DNA from: a virus
Strand: one strand, 5' to 3'
IMG/VR virus record: IMGVR_UViG_3300030406_003150
Location: 1-64,000 of that record
Length of the DNA stretch: 64,000 nucleotides
Shown: piece by piece, positions 31,240 through 39,843 of the stretch
Numbering within the stretch: the stretch's first letter is position 1
How the letters are laid out: each line of letters starts with the position of its first letter
Translations under genes and position numbers: made by a program
Notes under the pieces: generated by a model
What the model was told of the DNA's origin: nothing
Database searches by the model: none
What the model saw: the letters and a program-made list of their open reading frames with translations, nothing else

Positions 31240-33369
31240 TTAATTGACCTTATATTTTCTAAAAAACACACGATCATTGAAATTAGATTCCTTCTTTTGT
31301 TTTTGTTTCTGACAGCCTAACAATGCAAGACCAGAACTAATAGTCAAGTCATATTTAGTTCTCTTATCTATCTTAAATCCTATCCAGTCCTCTAACGTTG
31401 TATTAAAATACATCTTTCCCACTTCGCCAGTTTCGTAGTTTACTCCAACGTGTTCATGGATATACTTCTCTATAGATTGAGCATGAGCCTGTATTACGTC
31501 CTGAGAGTTAGATGGAATCCCTTTTGTTTTCACATTTGTGTGTGAAGAAGTACTAAGCAGATGCTTAGGTCTGTCCATCAAGTAACCGTCGTAACCCCTT
31601 GACTCAAAGTATCTTACAATACCATACTTGTTGTTCTCTACAAGCAAAGGGTATCCGTAGTAGAAAGCACACATCAAGACGTCCTCATAAAATATACTGG
31701 CTAGATCTGGGCGTGAAGCATATTCTACAACAAACATGTTTGAGGGGCGATTCATAGAAAACTTGTTGTACATGTGGAGCGCACCTTTAGAGCCTCTGTT
31801 GTCTACAGTAGCATCTAGGTCGTAAGAGTCAACCCCACCACAACCATATTCAGGGAAAGGCGCAACTCTTTTCCCTCTGTCCAGTTTGGATATATTTCTT
31901 TCATTTGGATCTGGCATCCAGCATACCTTGAACCTGCCGTTAGGGGTGGGAGAGAACACCACCTCTTTATCTTTTTCTTTCCAAGTAAAGTTTCCTGTAA
32001 CTACAGGATTTGGGAATAGCTCGTCGTTGTGTTCTATCTGCTGATAAATCTTACCTATGTTGAAAAGGCTACCCTCAATGCTGTCCCTGAAGGCTTCGTC
32101 TTCGGTAAAAGGAAACTGCCTAGTTATCTCGTTAAGTTCAGAAGGGTCATCCTTAAAAGACTTCCTCTCATTTTTTAAATAAGACTTACTACCCAAATCA
32201 ATGACCTCACCATCGATACCTATTACGTCACCATGTATGTGTACGGTTTGGGAAGGATCTTCAACTACAGCATTTCCATACTGATCAAAGAAACCTTCTA
32301 ACGCTTCGTATGCAGGAATAAATATTCTGTAAAGACCCGACCTAGTTCTTCCGTTGGCGTTTCTCTGATTAGGATCTGAATCATTCCATAAACCTTTATA
32401 CTCTTTACCGCCTTTGTTCATAGGGTTGACAGTAGAGCCAACAATTGCCTTTCCGACAATCCTCTTACCTACAATCAAGCAAGTCCTTTCTATCCTCCAA
32501 GCTTCACGAATGTCTGTAGGCTTCTCCCACTTGCCTGCCTCGTCCAAGTAAAGCATATGCAGCTTCTCACCATCATATGCGTTGTTCGTGGTGTTCTTCC
32601 AGTTGATGACTGTATTAAGGGCATCACCACGGTAAGACGTCTTGTTGTTTTTCGTAATTCTTTTTGATGGCTCACGGAAAGCCAGCTCCATACGGGGGTT
32701 GGTGGTACCGTCCTGGATAGGCTTGAAGAAGAAGGGGTAGCCTCTAAAAATAGAGACTACTTTTTTCATGAAGATGTTTTCCTGAGCATCTTTACCAGTC
32801 TTTGACTGAATGCCCAACAACTTCTCTTTAACTTGACTAGCTTCGTCCACAAGGACAGCAGAGCATATATTAGTGTAGCCAGAACGACGACACTTAGTAT
32901 AAAGCTGACCGAAACAACGGGGATCAGCTTCGCAAGCAGCCATGTGGAGAAAGATTTCTCTTTGGAAAGCGAGGTATGATGGGTATCCGATATCAATTTT
33001 AGACCATTGTAGAAACATATAGTGTCTCCCTGTAATATACGTAGGGACCCCATTGTTGTAAAACCAAACGCCGTTCCTCCTGCGTTGAAACTCTTTCTCG
33101 ATGTATACACGAAACTTTGACCGAAACTCGGCAGGCTTCTCGAACCACTCATCCATACTTCGAATCCTTTGCAGTTCTTCGGGCATAGGCAAGCGCCTCC
33201 ACAGCTGCAACTCCTTTGGCTCTTCATGGAAGAGTATTTCAGATCGCTTTGGTTTTTTTGGTAGCACAATAAGTAGCCCACTCGATTCGAAGTGATTTCC
33301 CTCTGTGCCGTTAGGGTCGATCTTAATCCCTTTAGTTTCATAACCATCTATATCTATAAGTACAGACAT
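31240..33369 (-). CDS. terL: Terminase large subunit (start moved to ATG 33369)
   Basis: ATPase motifs KCRRSGYT and LYLDEAGKW; nuclease motifs GVDSYD and YDLTISSG. Confidence 0.9.
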   Translation of the reverse strand: MSVLIDIDGYETKGIKIDPNGTEGNHFESSGLLIVLPKKPKRSEILFHEEPKELQLWRRLPMPEELQRIRSMDEWFEKPAEFRSKFRVYIEKEFQRRRNGVWFYNNGVPTYITGRHYMFLQWSKIDIGYPSYLAFQREIFLHMAACEADPRCFGQLYTKCRRSGYTNICSAVLVDEASQVKEKLLGIQSKTGKDAQENIFMKKVVSIFRGYPFFFKPIQDGTTNPRMELAFREPSKRITKNNKTSYRGDALNTVINWKNTTNNAYDGEKLHMLYLDEAGKWEKPTDIREAWRIERTCLIVGKRIVGKAIVGSTVNPMNKGGKEYKGLWNDSDPNQRNANGRTRSGLYRIFIPAYEALEGFFDQYGNAVVEDPSQTVHIHGDVIGIDGEVIDLGSKSYLKNERKSFKDDPSELNEITRQFPFTEDEAFRDSIEGSLFNIGKIYQQIEHNDELFPNPVVTGNFTWKEKDKEVVFSPTPNGRFKVCWMPDPNERNISKLDRGKRVAPFPEYGCGGVDSYDLDATVDNRGSKGALHMYNKFSMNRPSNMFVVEYASRPDLASIFYEDVLMCAFYYGYPLLVENNKYGIVRYFESRGYDGYLMDRPKHLLSTSSHTNVKTKGIPSNSQDVIQAHAQSIEKYIHEHVGVNYETGEVGKMYFNTTLEDWIGFKIDKRTKYDLTISSGLALLGCQKQKQKKESNFNDRVFFRKYKVN

Positions 33370-33382
33370 TGAATTTAATTTG

Positions 33383-33456
33383 TACACCCGACAGGATTCG
33401 AACCTGTGACCGTCTGCTTAGAAGGCAGATGCTCTATCCAACTGAGCTACGAGTGC
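33383..33456 (-). tRNA. tRNA-Arg(UCU)
   Basis: Full cloverleaf GCACTCG...TCTGC-CTTCTAA-GCAGA...GGTTCGAATCC...CGGGTGT-A; CCA not encoded. Confidence 0.93.
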
Positions 33457-33791
33457 ATTCGCTCATGTGTTTTTTTACGATGGCAATTTGCACACCTTAT
33501 CTCACACTTTCTTATTTCGTCTTTTATTGTTTTTATGCTGTAATAGTTAGAAACCATATCAGCTATTGCCCTTCTCTTTTCTCCTTTTACGTGATCAAAC
33601 TCAAGGACCACTGGGTCTGACTCCCCGCAATCCACACAGCTGAACATTCTTTTTACTCGGTCTACAAAAGCTTTGTTCTTTTTTCTTTGCCTTCTGTTTC
33701 TAGCCGAGCTTCTAGAGATTATTTTCTCTTTGTTTTCTCGGTAGTGTTTAGCTGCCGCCTTAGCCTGATCTTTTTTGCTTTTGTATGGCAC
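33447..33791 (-). CDS. HNH endonuclease
   Basis: CVDC...LEFDH...CANCH zinc/HNH signature. Confidence 0.85.
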   Translation of the reverse strand: MPYKSKKDQAKAAAKHYRENKEKIISRSSARNRRQRKKNKAFVDRVKRMFSCVDCGESDPVVLEFDHVKGEKRRAIADMVSNYYSIKTIKDEIRKCEIRCANCHRKKTHERMHS

Positions 33792-33795
33792 CGTG

Positions 33796-33867
33796 TGCTC
33801 TCTATTGGATTCGAACCAATGACCTACGAATTATGAGTTCGCTGCTCTACCGCTGAGCTAAGAGAGC
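33796..33867 (-). tRNA. tRNA with CAU anticodon (Ile2 or elongator Met)
   Basis: GCTCTCT...GCGAA-CTCATAA-TTCGT...GGTTCGAATCC...AGAGAGC-A; lacks initiator features. Confidence 0.9.
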
Positions 33868-34010
33868 TTGAAGTTGACGATAGAGTGACCAGAAGTAACG
33901 TTTTGACTGCTAAAATCATAATCACCCCAATATATTAAGCCAGTGGGTTTACTTGGAGAATTTTTCTGCGAATCCTCCTGAGTAGTCTTTGTCTTGTTCG
34001 ATTTCTCCAT
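33858..34010 (-). CDS. Possible 50-aa protein MEKSNKTK...GLIYWGDYDF
   Basis: Hand-translated ORF filling the gap before the tRNA; overlaps the upstream gene end. Confidence 0.35.
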   Translation of the reverse strand: MEKSNKTKTTQEDSQKNSPSKPTGLIYWGDYDFSSQNVTSGHSIVNFKLS

Positions 34011-34242
34011 TTGCTTGTAGCTCTTTAACCATTTGTTCTAATCTCTGGCGCTCTACCAGAAGTTCTTTACAATCCACAGCAGTCTGCTTTATTGACTGCA
34101 ATTCTGCTTTTCGAGCAGAGCCACCAGCCTCTGGATCAACAGGCTTTTTGATTTCCTCAATCATATTGTTGATCGCAACCTCCATACTAGACATAAGTCG
34201 TCTAGCCGCACTGACAGTAGTAAACTTAGTCGAACGGCTCAT
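33949..34242 (-). CDS. Helical protein, candidate terminase small subunit (start MSRSTK)
   Basis: 97-aa coiled coil near terL, ending GGFAEKFSK; assignment is positional. Confidence 0.45.
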   Translation of the reverse strand: MSRSTKFTTVSAARRLMSSMEVAINNMIEEIKKPVDPEAGGSARKAELQSIKQTAVDCKELLVERQRLEQMVKELQANGEIEQDKDYSGGFAEKFSK

Positions 34243-34537
34243 CTCCAATCCAGTATGTTCCGTACTGAGAGCAGTACACAAATACAGGCGTACGCTCACC
34301 CACATATGACCCACCTATATTGAACTCGAAATGCTCAATAGCATCTTCACGAGTCATATCATCATCCCTACAAAGGATGTCAATGATTTGGTCAATATCG
34401 TAAACGGCTTTTGGTTCTGACCCATGTGTCATTCCTATCAACGCTTCATCGAAACCATCGGCGATAAGACACTCGTTTTGCTCCAGAGCAGACATAAGCT
34501 CGTCTGCCTTTCTTTTTTCAGAGGCAATCATAGTCAT
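34226..34537 (-). CDS. Hypothetical acidic protein
   Basis: ADGFDEALIG...EHFEFNI.G.YVG..TP motif. Confidence 0.6.
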   Translation of the reverse strand: MTMIASEKRKADELMSALEQNECLIADGFDEALIGMTHGSEPKAVYDIDQIIDILCRDDDMTREDAIEHFEFNIGGSYVGERTPVFVYCSQYGTYWIGDEPFD

Positions 34538-34547
34538 ATTAATTAAA

Positions 34548-35132
34548 TTATCTTTCAACATACATCAAGTCTTCAAGGCGGGTTCTGTAATATTCCTTCC
34601 CATCTATCTTGATGCGATAGTCTCGGTTCTCTTTGAACCCCACTACGTCGCCGACCTCTAGCCCTAGCGCTTCAATCCCAGAAGACGTAAATGCGACTTT
34701 ACCTCTTGTTGTTGGTTTCTCTGTAAGTTTAACAACTTCGATAATTTCCGATTCTTGAACTTCCTCTTCTTCGATGGGTTCAAGAAGGCTCCAACCCGCA
34801 AGAGGTTGGATAGCACCAGTACTGCCACTTTTAAAGCCAATAGCTTGATTATTGATAGCGTGGTCTTGATCGTACCTGACAAGGTAGTGATTATCACTGC
34901 CAGTAAGTGGTTGACCTTCGTTGATAACCACGAGATGGTGGAAGTACAGCGTGTCGCCAGGCTCGACACCAGTTTCGTACTTGAACGGGACAGCCACGAC
35001 AGGGCCTTCTGTAACTCTGTTTTCAAACTCATTGAATCTATTGTCTATGTACAACTCTAAACCACCAGACGTAGTGATGGTGTCGTTTATCGTCCTGTCT
35101 AATTCGACGACAAACAAATTAAATGTTTTCAT
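34548..35132 (-). CDS. GroES/Cpn10-like co-chaperonin with two tandem GroES-like domains
   Basis: T.SGGL..G.VVAV..V.PGD.L in the first half; PL....LLEP...G.V...LEVGDVV..IDGKEY....EDL in the second. Confidence 0.7.
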   Translation of the reverse strand: MKTFNLFVVELDRTINDTITTSGGLELYIDNRFNEFENRVTEGPVVAVPFKYETGVEPGDTLYFHHLVVINEGQPLTGSDNHYLVRYDQDHAINNQAIGFKSGSTGAIQPLAGWSLLEPIEEEEVQESEIIEVVKLTEKPTTRGKVAFTSSGIEALGLEVGDVVGFKENRDYRIKIDGKEYYRTRLEDLMYVER

Positions 35133-35142
35133 TAATTAAAAT

Positions 35143-35481
35143 TTAGTAACCCCCACCGCCACTTCCTCCGCTAGGGGTAGTTGTAGGAGTAGTTTGCATT
35201 GGAATATTCTGTGTTCTTACTGGAGGCGTGTACCTTACAGGCGGGATTACGATTGGCAATCTCCTTTCAATGACTGGCGTTGGAATCTCTGCCTGTCTAT
35301 TCGCTACACTTTGTCTAGACTTTGAACTTACAGGTTCAAGAATAGCGTGAAACCTATCTACATGAACAGCACCCACCATAGCACCCTTCTTGGGGTGGAC
35401 ATGGTAGTAACCTCTGTATCTTCTGCCATTAGGCAGCTTGAACTCCGATCCGTCTGTATAAAGGTTTTCTGTTGCCATCAA
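35143..35481 (-). CDS. Hypothetical protein
   Basis: LYTDG.EF...Y.GYYH.H...GAM.G..H motif and Pro/Thr-rich tail. Confidence 0.55.
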   Translation of the reverse strand: MMATENLYTDGSEFKLPNGRRYRGYYHVHPKKGAMVGAVHVDRFHAILEPVSSKSRQSVANRQAEIPTPVIERRLPIVIPPVRYTPPVRTQNIPMQTTPTTTPSGGSGGGGY

Positions 35482-35714
35482 AAATTAAGATCAAATTCTA
35501 AAACACATGACATCTCATCTATGCTCTTCCATAGCATGGTGCCTTCATCGTTCTCAATGTAGATCAAATAACGTTGCTTACCAAACTTGTGAAGATGTCT
35601 GTCGTCTTCTACGATAGCAGACACTTCTCCAGATCCAGCTCGCATACCTACATAATAAGCCATTCCGTTCTTGGGGTCTTTGCCGACCACAATCTTTCTA
35701 ATAAGTCCTTCCAT
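35478..35714 (-). CDS. Hypothetical protein
   Basis: 78-aa coupled ORF. Confidence 0.6.
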   Translation of the reverse strand: MEGLIRKIVVGKDPKNGMAYYVGMRAGSGEVSAIVEDDRHLHKFGKQRYLIYIENDEGTMLWKSIDEMSCVLEFDLNF

Positions 35715-36010
35715 TAGTTTAATGATATTCCCAATCCACCCAACAGGTCATCAAGAGGGTCGTCGTCTTTGTAGGCATTATCCATTATGGTCTTCACAGT
35801 TTCTAGCTCTTGCCTGTCTTGGATATTGAAGCTGTACATAGTCTTCATCTCAGCTTCCGTATCCCCCACTTCTATAGCGTCGTAATCTATTACTCCGATT
35901 ACAATAGAAGCAACGGTCCTATCCTTCATATCAAACTCCTCGATAGTCTCTTCCATCTTTTTTACAAGGCTGTACAATTCAGCAAAGAAGAGGGTCTCGT
36001 TGGGGCTCAT
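35714..36010 (-). CDS. Hypothetical acidic protein
   Basis: 98-aa ORF with TATATTTG box at 36030-36037. Confidence 0.6.
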   Translation of the reverse strand: MSPNETLFFAELYSLVKKMEETIEEFDMKDRTVASIVIGVIDYDAIEVGDTEAEMKTMYSFNIQDRQELETVKTIMDNAYKDDDPLDDLLGGLGISLN

Positions 36011-36050
36011 GTTGTAAATTCGTTTGACTCAAATATACGACAGAATAGAG

Positions 36051-36470
36051 ATGCCAAAATCGACAGTTAAGAAGAAGCGGATGTTTAGAGATGTGTCTAA
36101 ACTACCTAGTAAATACGTAAAGCAAAACCACCTTAAAAATCTAAGGACAGCTATGAACGAGTTCTTAGAAGACAACCCTAGCCTGACTAGAGGATATATT
36201 TATTTTATGCTGTACGCTTACGACCTAGAGTTTTTCACTATCTCTTGGGCAGCGGAGAACTACCAGATGAGTAAAGGCAATCTAGCTGACAGGATCATAT
36301 ACCCGCTGATGAGCCTTGGGTATATCTATAAGGTGTTTGATAAACTTAGCCCTTCTCAGACTCTAGAGGATCACTTGTTCCGTGATGAAACAAAGTATAA
36401 CTACAGAGTTCGTTATGGGCTGTCGCAGAAAGGTAGGCTAGCGGTACAGCGTTTCTACAATTCTCTTTAG
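36051..36470 (+). CDS. Putative winged-helix transcription regulator
   Basis: Only plus-strand gene in the late arm; MarR-like pattern (PLMSLGYI...RYGLSQKGR). Confidence 0.5.
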   Translation: MPKSTVKKKRMFRDVSKLPSKYVKQNHLKNLRTAMNEFLEDNPSLTRGYIYFMLYAYDLEFFTISWAAENYQMSKGNLADRIIYPLMSLGYIYKVFDKLSPSQTLEDHLFRDETKYNYRVRYGLSQKGRLAVQRFYNSL

Positions 36471-36601
36471 CGGCCTTGACCACGATAAGCTTTCTTGTAG
36501 CTTTTGCTTTGCTTGTTGCTAGACGTCTTCGTCTTAGCGTGTACCCCTGGCCGCTTTTTTTTGCTGTCGCCAGGAGCGTAGTTAAATACTTGCTTAGGCA
36601 T
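36467..36601 (-). CDS. 44-aa basic protein ending YRGQGR (not in ORF track)
   Basis: MPKQVFNYAPGDSKKKRPGVHAKTKTSSNKQSKSYKKAYRGQGR, overlapping the endolysin stop. Confidence 0.65.
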   Translation of the reverse strand: MPKQVFNYAPGDSKKKRPGVHAKTKTSSNKQSKSYKKAYRGQGR

Positions 36602-37064
36602 TTTCTACTGTGTAGTAAACTCTATTCTTTTCGTCTCTGCGGGCTCGCTTAATCTGTTTGCGATTCTGTCCCACAGACTTATATGAGATATGCACCCAGT
36701 TGGGTTCTTCATCATCCCCGAACTCCCAGATCATTTGGTCCCACACGAGGTTGTCTTTCACGAAGTTGAAGATATCTGCATTCGTGATGCGTCCGTATAC
36801 GTCGGCATCCAGGTCGAGCGCCTCGCCCACCATGTGCTGAGAGTACTTACTCCCGCCGATGGCTTTGTTTAGCTGCTTCCCTCTGTATCCAGAGCTCACG
36901 GCGATAGGCACACCGAAGTGATCGCGGATAGGTTGGAATACATTCTCTGCTACGGCCTTGAGGTTTTCGATCTCCCAGTCTTCTGGGGTGTTGTCAATAC
37001 CGAGGCGGCTGGCCGTGTTTGACTTTACGACCTCCTTCAGTGATAGGTTTTTGCTTAACTGCAT
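36594..37064 (-). CDS. Endolysin, peptidase M15A family
   Basis: SSGYR...N.AIGG...SQHMVGEALDL...WVHIS zinc-peptidase motif. Confidence 0.88.
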   Translation of the reverse strand: MQLSKNLSLKEVVKSNTASRLGIDNTPEDWEIENLKAVAENVFQPIRDHFGVPIAVSSGYRGKQLNKAIGGSKYSQHMVGEALDLDADVYGRITNADIFNFVKDNLVWDQMIWEFGDDEEPNWVHISYKSVGQNRKQIKRARRDEKNRVYYTVENA

Positions 37065-37133
37065 TTTTTTTTGCTACCCAGCTAGGGTTGATTCGTTTTA
37101 ATTTAGGGTTGAAGTAGTTTTTGCTACCCAATA

Positions 37134-37622
37134 TCAGCTAGCTATAAATACTTCTAGTTGAGCTGTGGCGTTTTCATCATTAATAGCGATGATGCTCTCA
37201 AGATCTACCAAACTACCTATCGCAGTAGCAGTAGCAGCGTCATCATCTACTGCTGCGACCCCTACAGCCTTACCCAACATAAAGCTTTTACCAGCTTCTA
37301 ACAATATCGTCGCCTGAGTACTCGCGGCAGCACCGCCGTTTGCTGCAAGCTGTAGAGAAAGAGTCACAGAGTTCGTACTCTCTAAGTTCGTTACTCTTAC
37401 ATACTTGACGTCATCGTCATCTAAAGCGCCATCCGCCGTAGTAACGTCAGTTCTAAAGTTGGCTATCGTAGTTTGAGTGGCAGATCCTCCCCCGTCAGCA
37501 GGTAAAGTGACAAGTCTTTTGAAAGACTGTGTAACACTAGCAATATTTAGCGTGTTTGTTGCACCCTGCTGAGTGCCATTGAGCGAAAGCTCTTCTCTAA
37601 TTGTTACAGTGAGTACTCCCAT
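37134..37622 (-). CDS. Probable structural protein
   Basis: Thr/Ala-rich beta protein, VKYVRVTNL; TATATTTG box 4 nt upstream (37627-37634). Confidence 0.55.
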   Translation of the reverse strand: MGVLTVTIREELSLNGTQQGATNTLNIASVTQSFKRLVTLPADGGGSATQTTIANFRTDVTTADGALDDDDVKYVRVTNLESTNSVTLSLQLAANGGAAASTQATILLEAGKSFMLGKAVGVAAVDDDAATATAIGSLVDLESIIAINDENATAQLEVFIAS

Positions 37623-37634
37623 GCAACAAATATA

Positions 37635-37763
37635 CTATTTTTTATTCTTAAAGAATTCAATCTGTCGCAAGCGCTTCAGTGCAGCCTTCTTAGTCAAGAA
37701 TTTACCTAGCAACTTCCCCTTCTTACTGCGGATCTCGTAGGTATTCTTCCTTTTTACTATCAT
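37635..37763 (-). CDS. 42-aa basic protein
   Basis: KGKLLG.F.TKKAA.KRLRQIEFFK motif. Confidence 0.55.
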   Translation of the reverse strand: MIVKRKNTYEIRSKKGKLLGKFLTKKAALKRLRQIEFFKNKK

Positions 37764-37894
37764 GACAGTCCTTGTGCCTTTACAGCTCGTATGGTTTGAT
37801 TGACGTGGGATTATTTTAAAGTGCATACGCACTCATAAATTTACCAATGTAGCATTTAAAACAACTTATTGTGTCACTTCACTAACAATGTAGG

Positions 37895-37925
37895 CAAAGT
37901 TACAGCTTTTTTTTTAAAAAGTCAA
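37895..37925 (-). promoter_or_regulatory. Leftward promoter TTGAC...TAACTTTG
   Basis: TTG 20 nt before TAnnTTTG, same geometry as the early promoters. Confidence 0.6.
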
Positions 37926-38073
37926 GCCATAAAGTAGATTCTAAGTAAAGAGTCTTATGTGTTTGTAATACAGCATCTTACTAGATTTAAAAAGTGGACA
38001 CATATATACCCCTTCTCTCGCCAACACGCCTCCCGTCTTCTTTTTTTTGGTAGAAATACAGATCTGGGGGATT

Positions 38074-38393
38074 ATATATGTATGTACACACACGCGCACG
38101 CACACCAAAACCGCCTGCGTAACCCCGCCCCCATAATGCGGCTGCAGTTTGCGCGTAGTTTTTTGGCTTTTGTGCTGCCACAAGTAACTAAGAATCAGCA
38201 GGTTACAGCATCCAGTTGAAGCAACGGTTGAATTTATGGACGCTAACTGGCTGAAAGAGAGGCAGAACAATCCCCTCACCTACACACATACTTGCGCACA
38301 TATACACGCACACGTAGGTACACACACACATCACACACGCATAGTGAGCGCACTGTGGGCACATAGCGGGTGGTGTGGGCACACAGCGGGTGA
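38074..38393. repeat. Alternating purine-pyrimidine (CA/TG) tracts plus a 20-bp tandem repeat at 38354-38393
   Basis: tacacacacgcgcacgcacac and similar tracts; TGTGGGCACAYAGCGGGTGR twice. Confidence 0.75.
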
Positions 38394-38508
38394 TGATGCG
38401 CTGTAATGCGCTATGATGCAGGCACACATACAAGCCAGACCCAAAAAAATTTTGCCTCGGAAAGCCCAGTGTTTGCAGGGGTTTCAGCGATGCGACCAAA
38501 AAAAGTGC

Positions 38509-38539
38509 TTGACAAAGGTGTTTCGATTCCCTACCTTTG
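38509..38539 (+). promoter_or_regulatory. Early promoter P1, TTGACA-N17-TACCTTTG
   Basis: Bacteroidota -33/-7 consensus; near-copies at 39844 and 41768. Confidence 0.85.
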
Positions 38540-38579
38540 TCGCCGTCGGCAACGTCGCTGACCTCAAAATCTCTTACCT

Positions 38580-39197
38580 ATGGCAAACGCCACATACACT
38601 CCCACACACTGCCCACAGACAGGGCGCAAGTTCACCAAGGCTGAGCGCAAGGCCGCTAACAAGGCGAAGTACGCTGCTGAGCGTGCTGCTCAGGCTGCAT
38701 CGAAGCCCAAGTCCAAGCGCAAGGCCAAGGCGCAAAAGGCCTCACCCAAGCCCACGAAGGTGAGCGTACCCACTCGCAAAGCGAAGCTGATGCGTATGAC
38801 CAAGGCTCAGTTGGTTGACCTCATCATCGGCGCTGAACCACCAGCACCCAAGCGCAAGCCCAAGGCGAAGCGCAAGGCTGTAGCGAAAGGTCGCAAGGCC
38901 TCACCCAGCGAGCGTGTAGCAGACAAACAGGAGCGCGGGGCACACGGTGCGAAGGGTGTCGGCCCAATCGAGCCGCAGCCTGAGGGTCACACGTCAGACG
39001 TGAAGCAAGCACGTAAGGCGACGGAGGCGATGGGGGAGCGCAACCGCCGCAAGCATGCGAAGAAGCTGGCTATGCGCTGGGCATTTGCACCGAACTACGG
39101 TGGCATGTTCCTTGAAGGTCAGCAAGCGGAGTTGCAGCGCCTGCTCGGTGACGTGGATGTGTCCACCTACGAGGACGTAATGGCCGCTGTACTCTAA
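38580..39197 (+). CDS. Lys/Ala-rich histone-H1-like early protein
   Basis: Repeated KPKAKRKA-type segments; first gene after P1. Confidence 0.65.
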   Translation: MANATYTPTHCPQTGRKFTKAERKAANKAKYAAERAAQAASKPKSKRKAKAQKASPKPTKVSVPTRKAKLMRMTKAQLVDLIIGAEPPAPKRKPKAKRKAVAKGRKASPSERVADKQERGAHGAKGVGPIEPQPEGHTSDVKQARKATEAMGERNRRKHAKKLAMRWAFAPNYGGMFLEGQQAELQRLLGDVDVSTYEDVMAAVL

Positions 39198-39209
39198 GCC
39201 TGTCGAATC

Positions 39210-39809
39210 ATGGTAAGTTTCAGCACACTACCGCTCGCTACAGTCACACGCCACACCAAGGCGTGGGCTGGGCGGGCATCCGATCACGAGCGCGAGGAAG
39301 GCTTGCGCTGGTACAAGGAAGCGATGGAATTCGCTGAATACCTGTCGATTACGTTCAACATCTCAAAGGTCGTAGCTGCGGGCGTGATAAGCGCCCTGAG
39401 CCCGAACAACAAGTGGGAGCGCAACAAAATCGATGCATTCAACCTGATTCAGGCATACGTAGACGGTCGCACGATGGATGATGTGAGCGTGTGTACGTAC
39501 ACGAACAACAAGCGCCGCGCGTGGGGCATCCTGAGCGGTGACGTGGAGATGCTACGCAAGGCACGCAAGACCCACGCATTTGCGCTGAATGTGGGTGCGA
39601 TGGATGAATCTGTCGTTACCATTGACAAGTGGATGCTCCGTGCGTTTGTGACTACGTCGCTCAAGCCCAAGGACGTGCCTACTACGTGTACTCCCGTGCA
39701 GTACGACCGTCTGAGCGCTCACTTCTGCAAGGTGGCGCGTGCTATGGGGTACAAGCCCTACGAGTTGCAGGCTATCATATGGGTCACCATTCGTAATCGA
39801 TGGCTCTGA
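39210..39809 (+). CDS. Phage protein, possibly HhH-glycosylase-like fold
   Basis: WY...ALSPNNKWERN...VTID.W...ELQAIIW pattern. Confidence 0.5.
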   Translation: MVSFSTLPLATVTRHTKAWAGRASDHEREEGLRWYKEAMEFAEYLSITFNISKVVAAGVISALSPNNKWERNKIDAFNLIQAYVDGRTMDDVSVCTYTNNKRRAWGILSGDVEMLRKARKTHAFALNVGAMDESVVTIDKWMLRAFVTTSLKPKDVPTTCTPVQYDRLSAHFCKVARAMGYKPYELQAIIWVTIRNRWL

Positions 39810-39843
39810 AACCCCAGTAAATGCTGGCAAATCGAAAATAAAT

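Noticed and set aside
36305-36345. Further CTGATGA/CTGACGA hammerhead-like words (also near 3253 and 21708)
   Set aside because: They lie inside coding regions with no stem II-GAAA-stem III arrangement
37941-38763. Several 64-116 aa ORFs in the junction region
   Set aside because: Low-complexity translations of dinucleotide tracts with no leader motif
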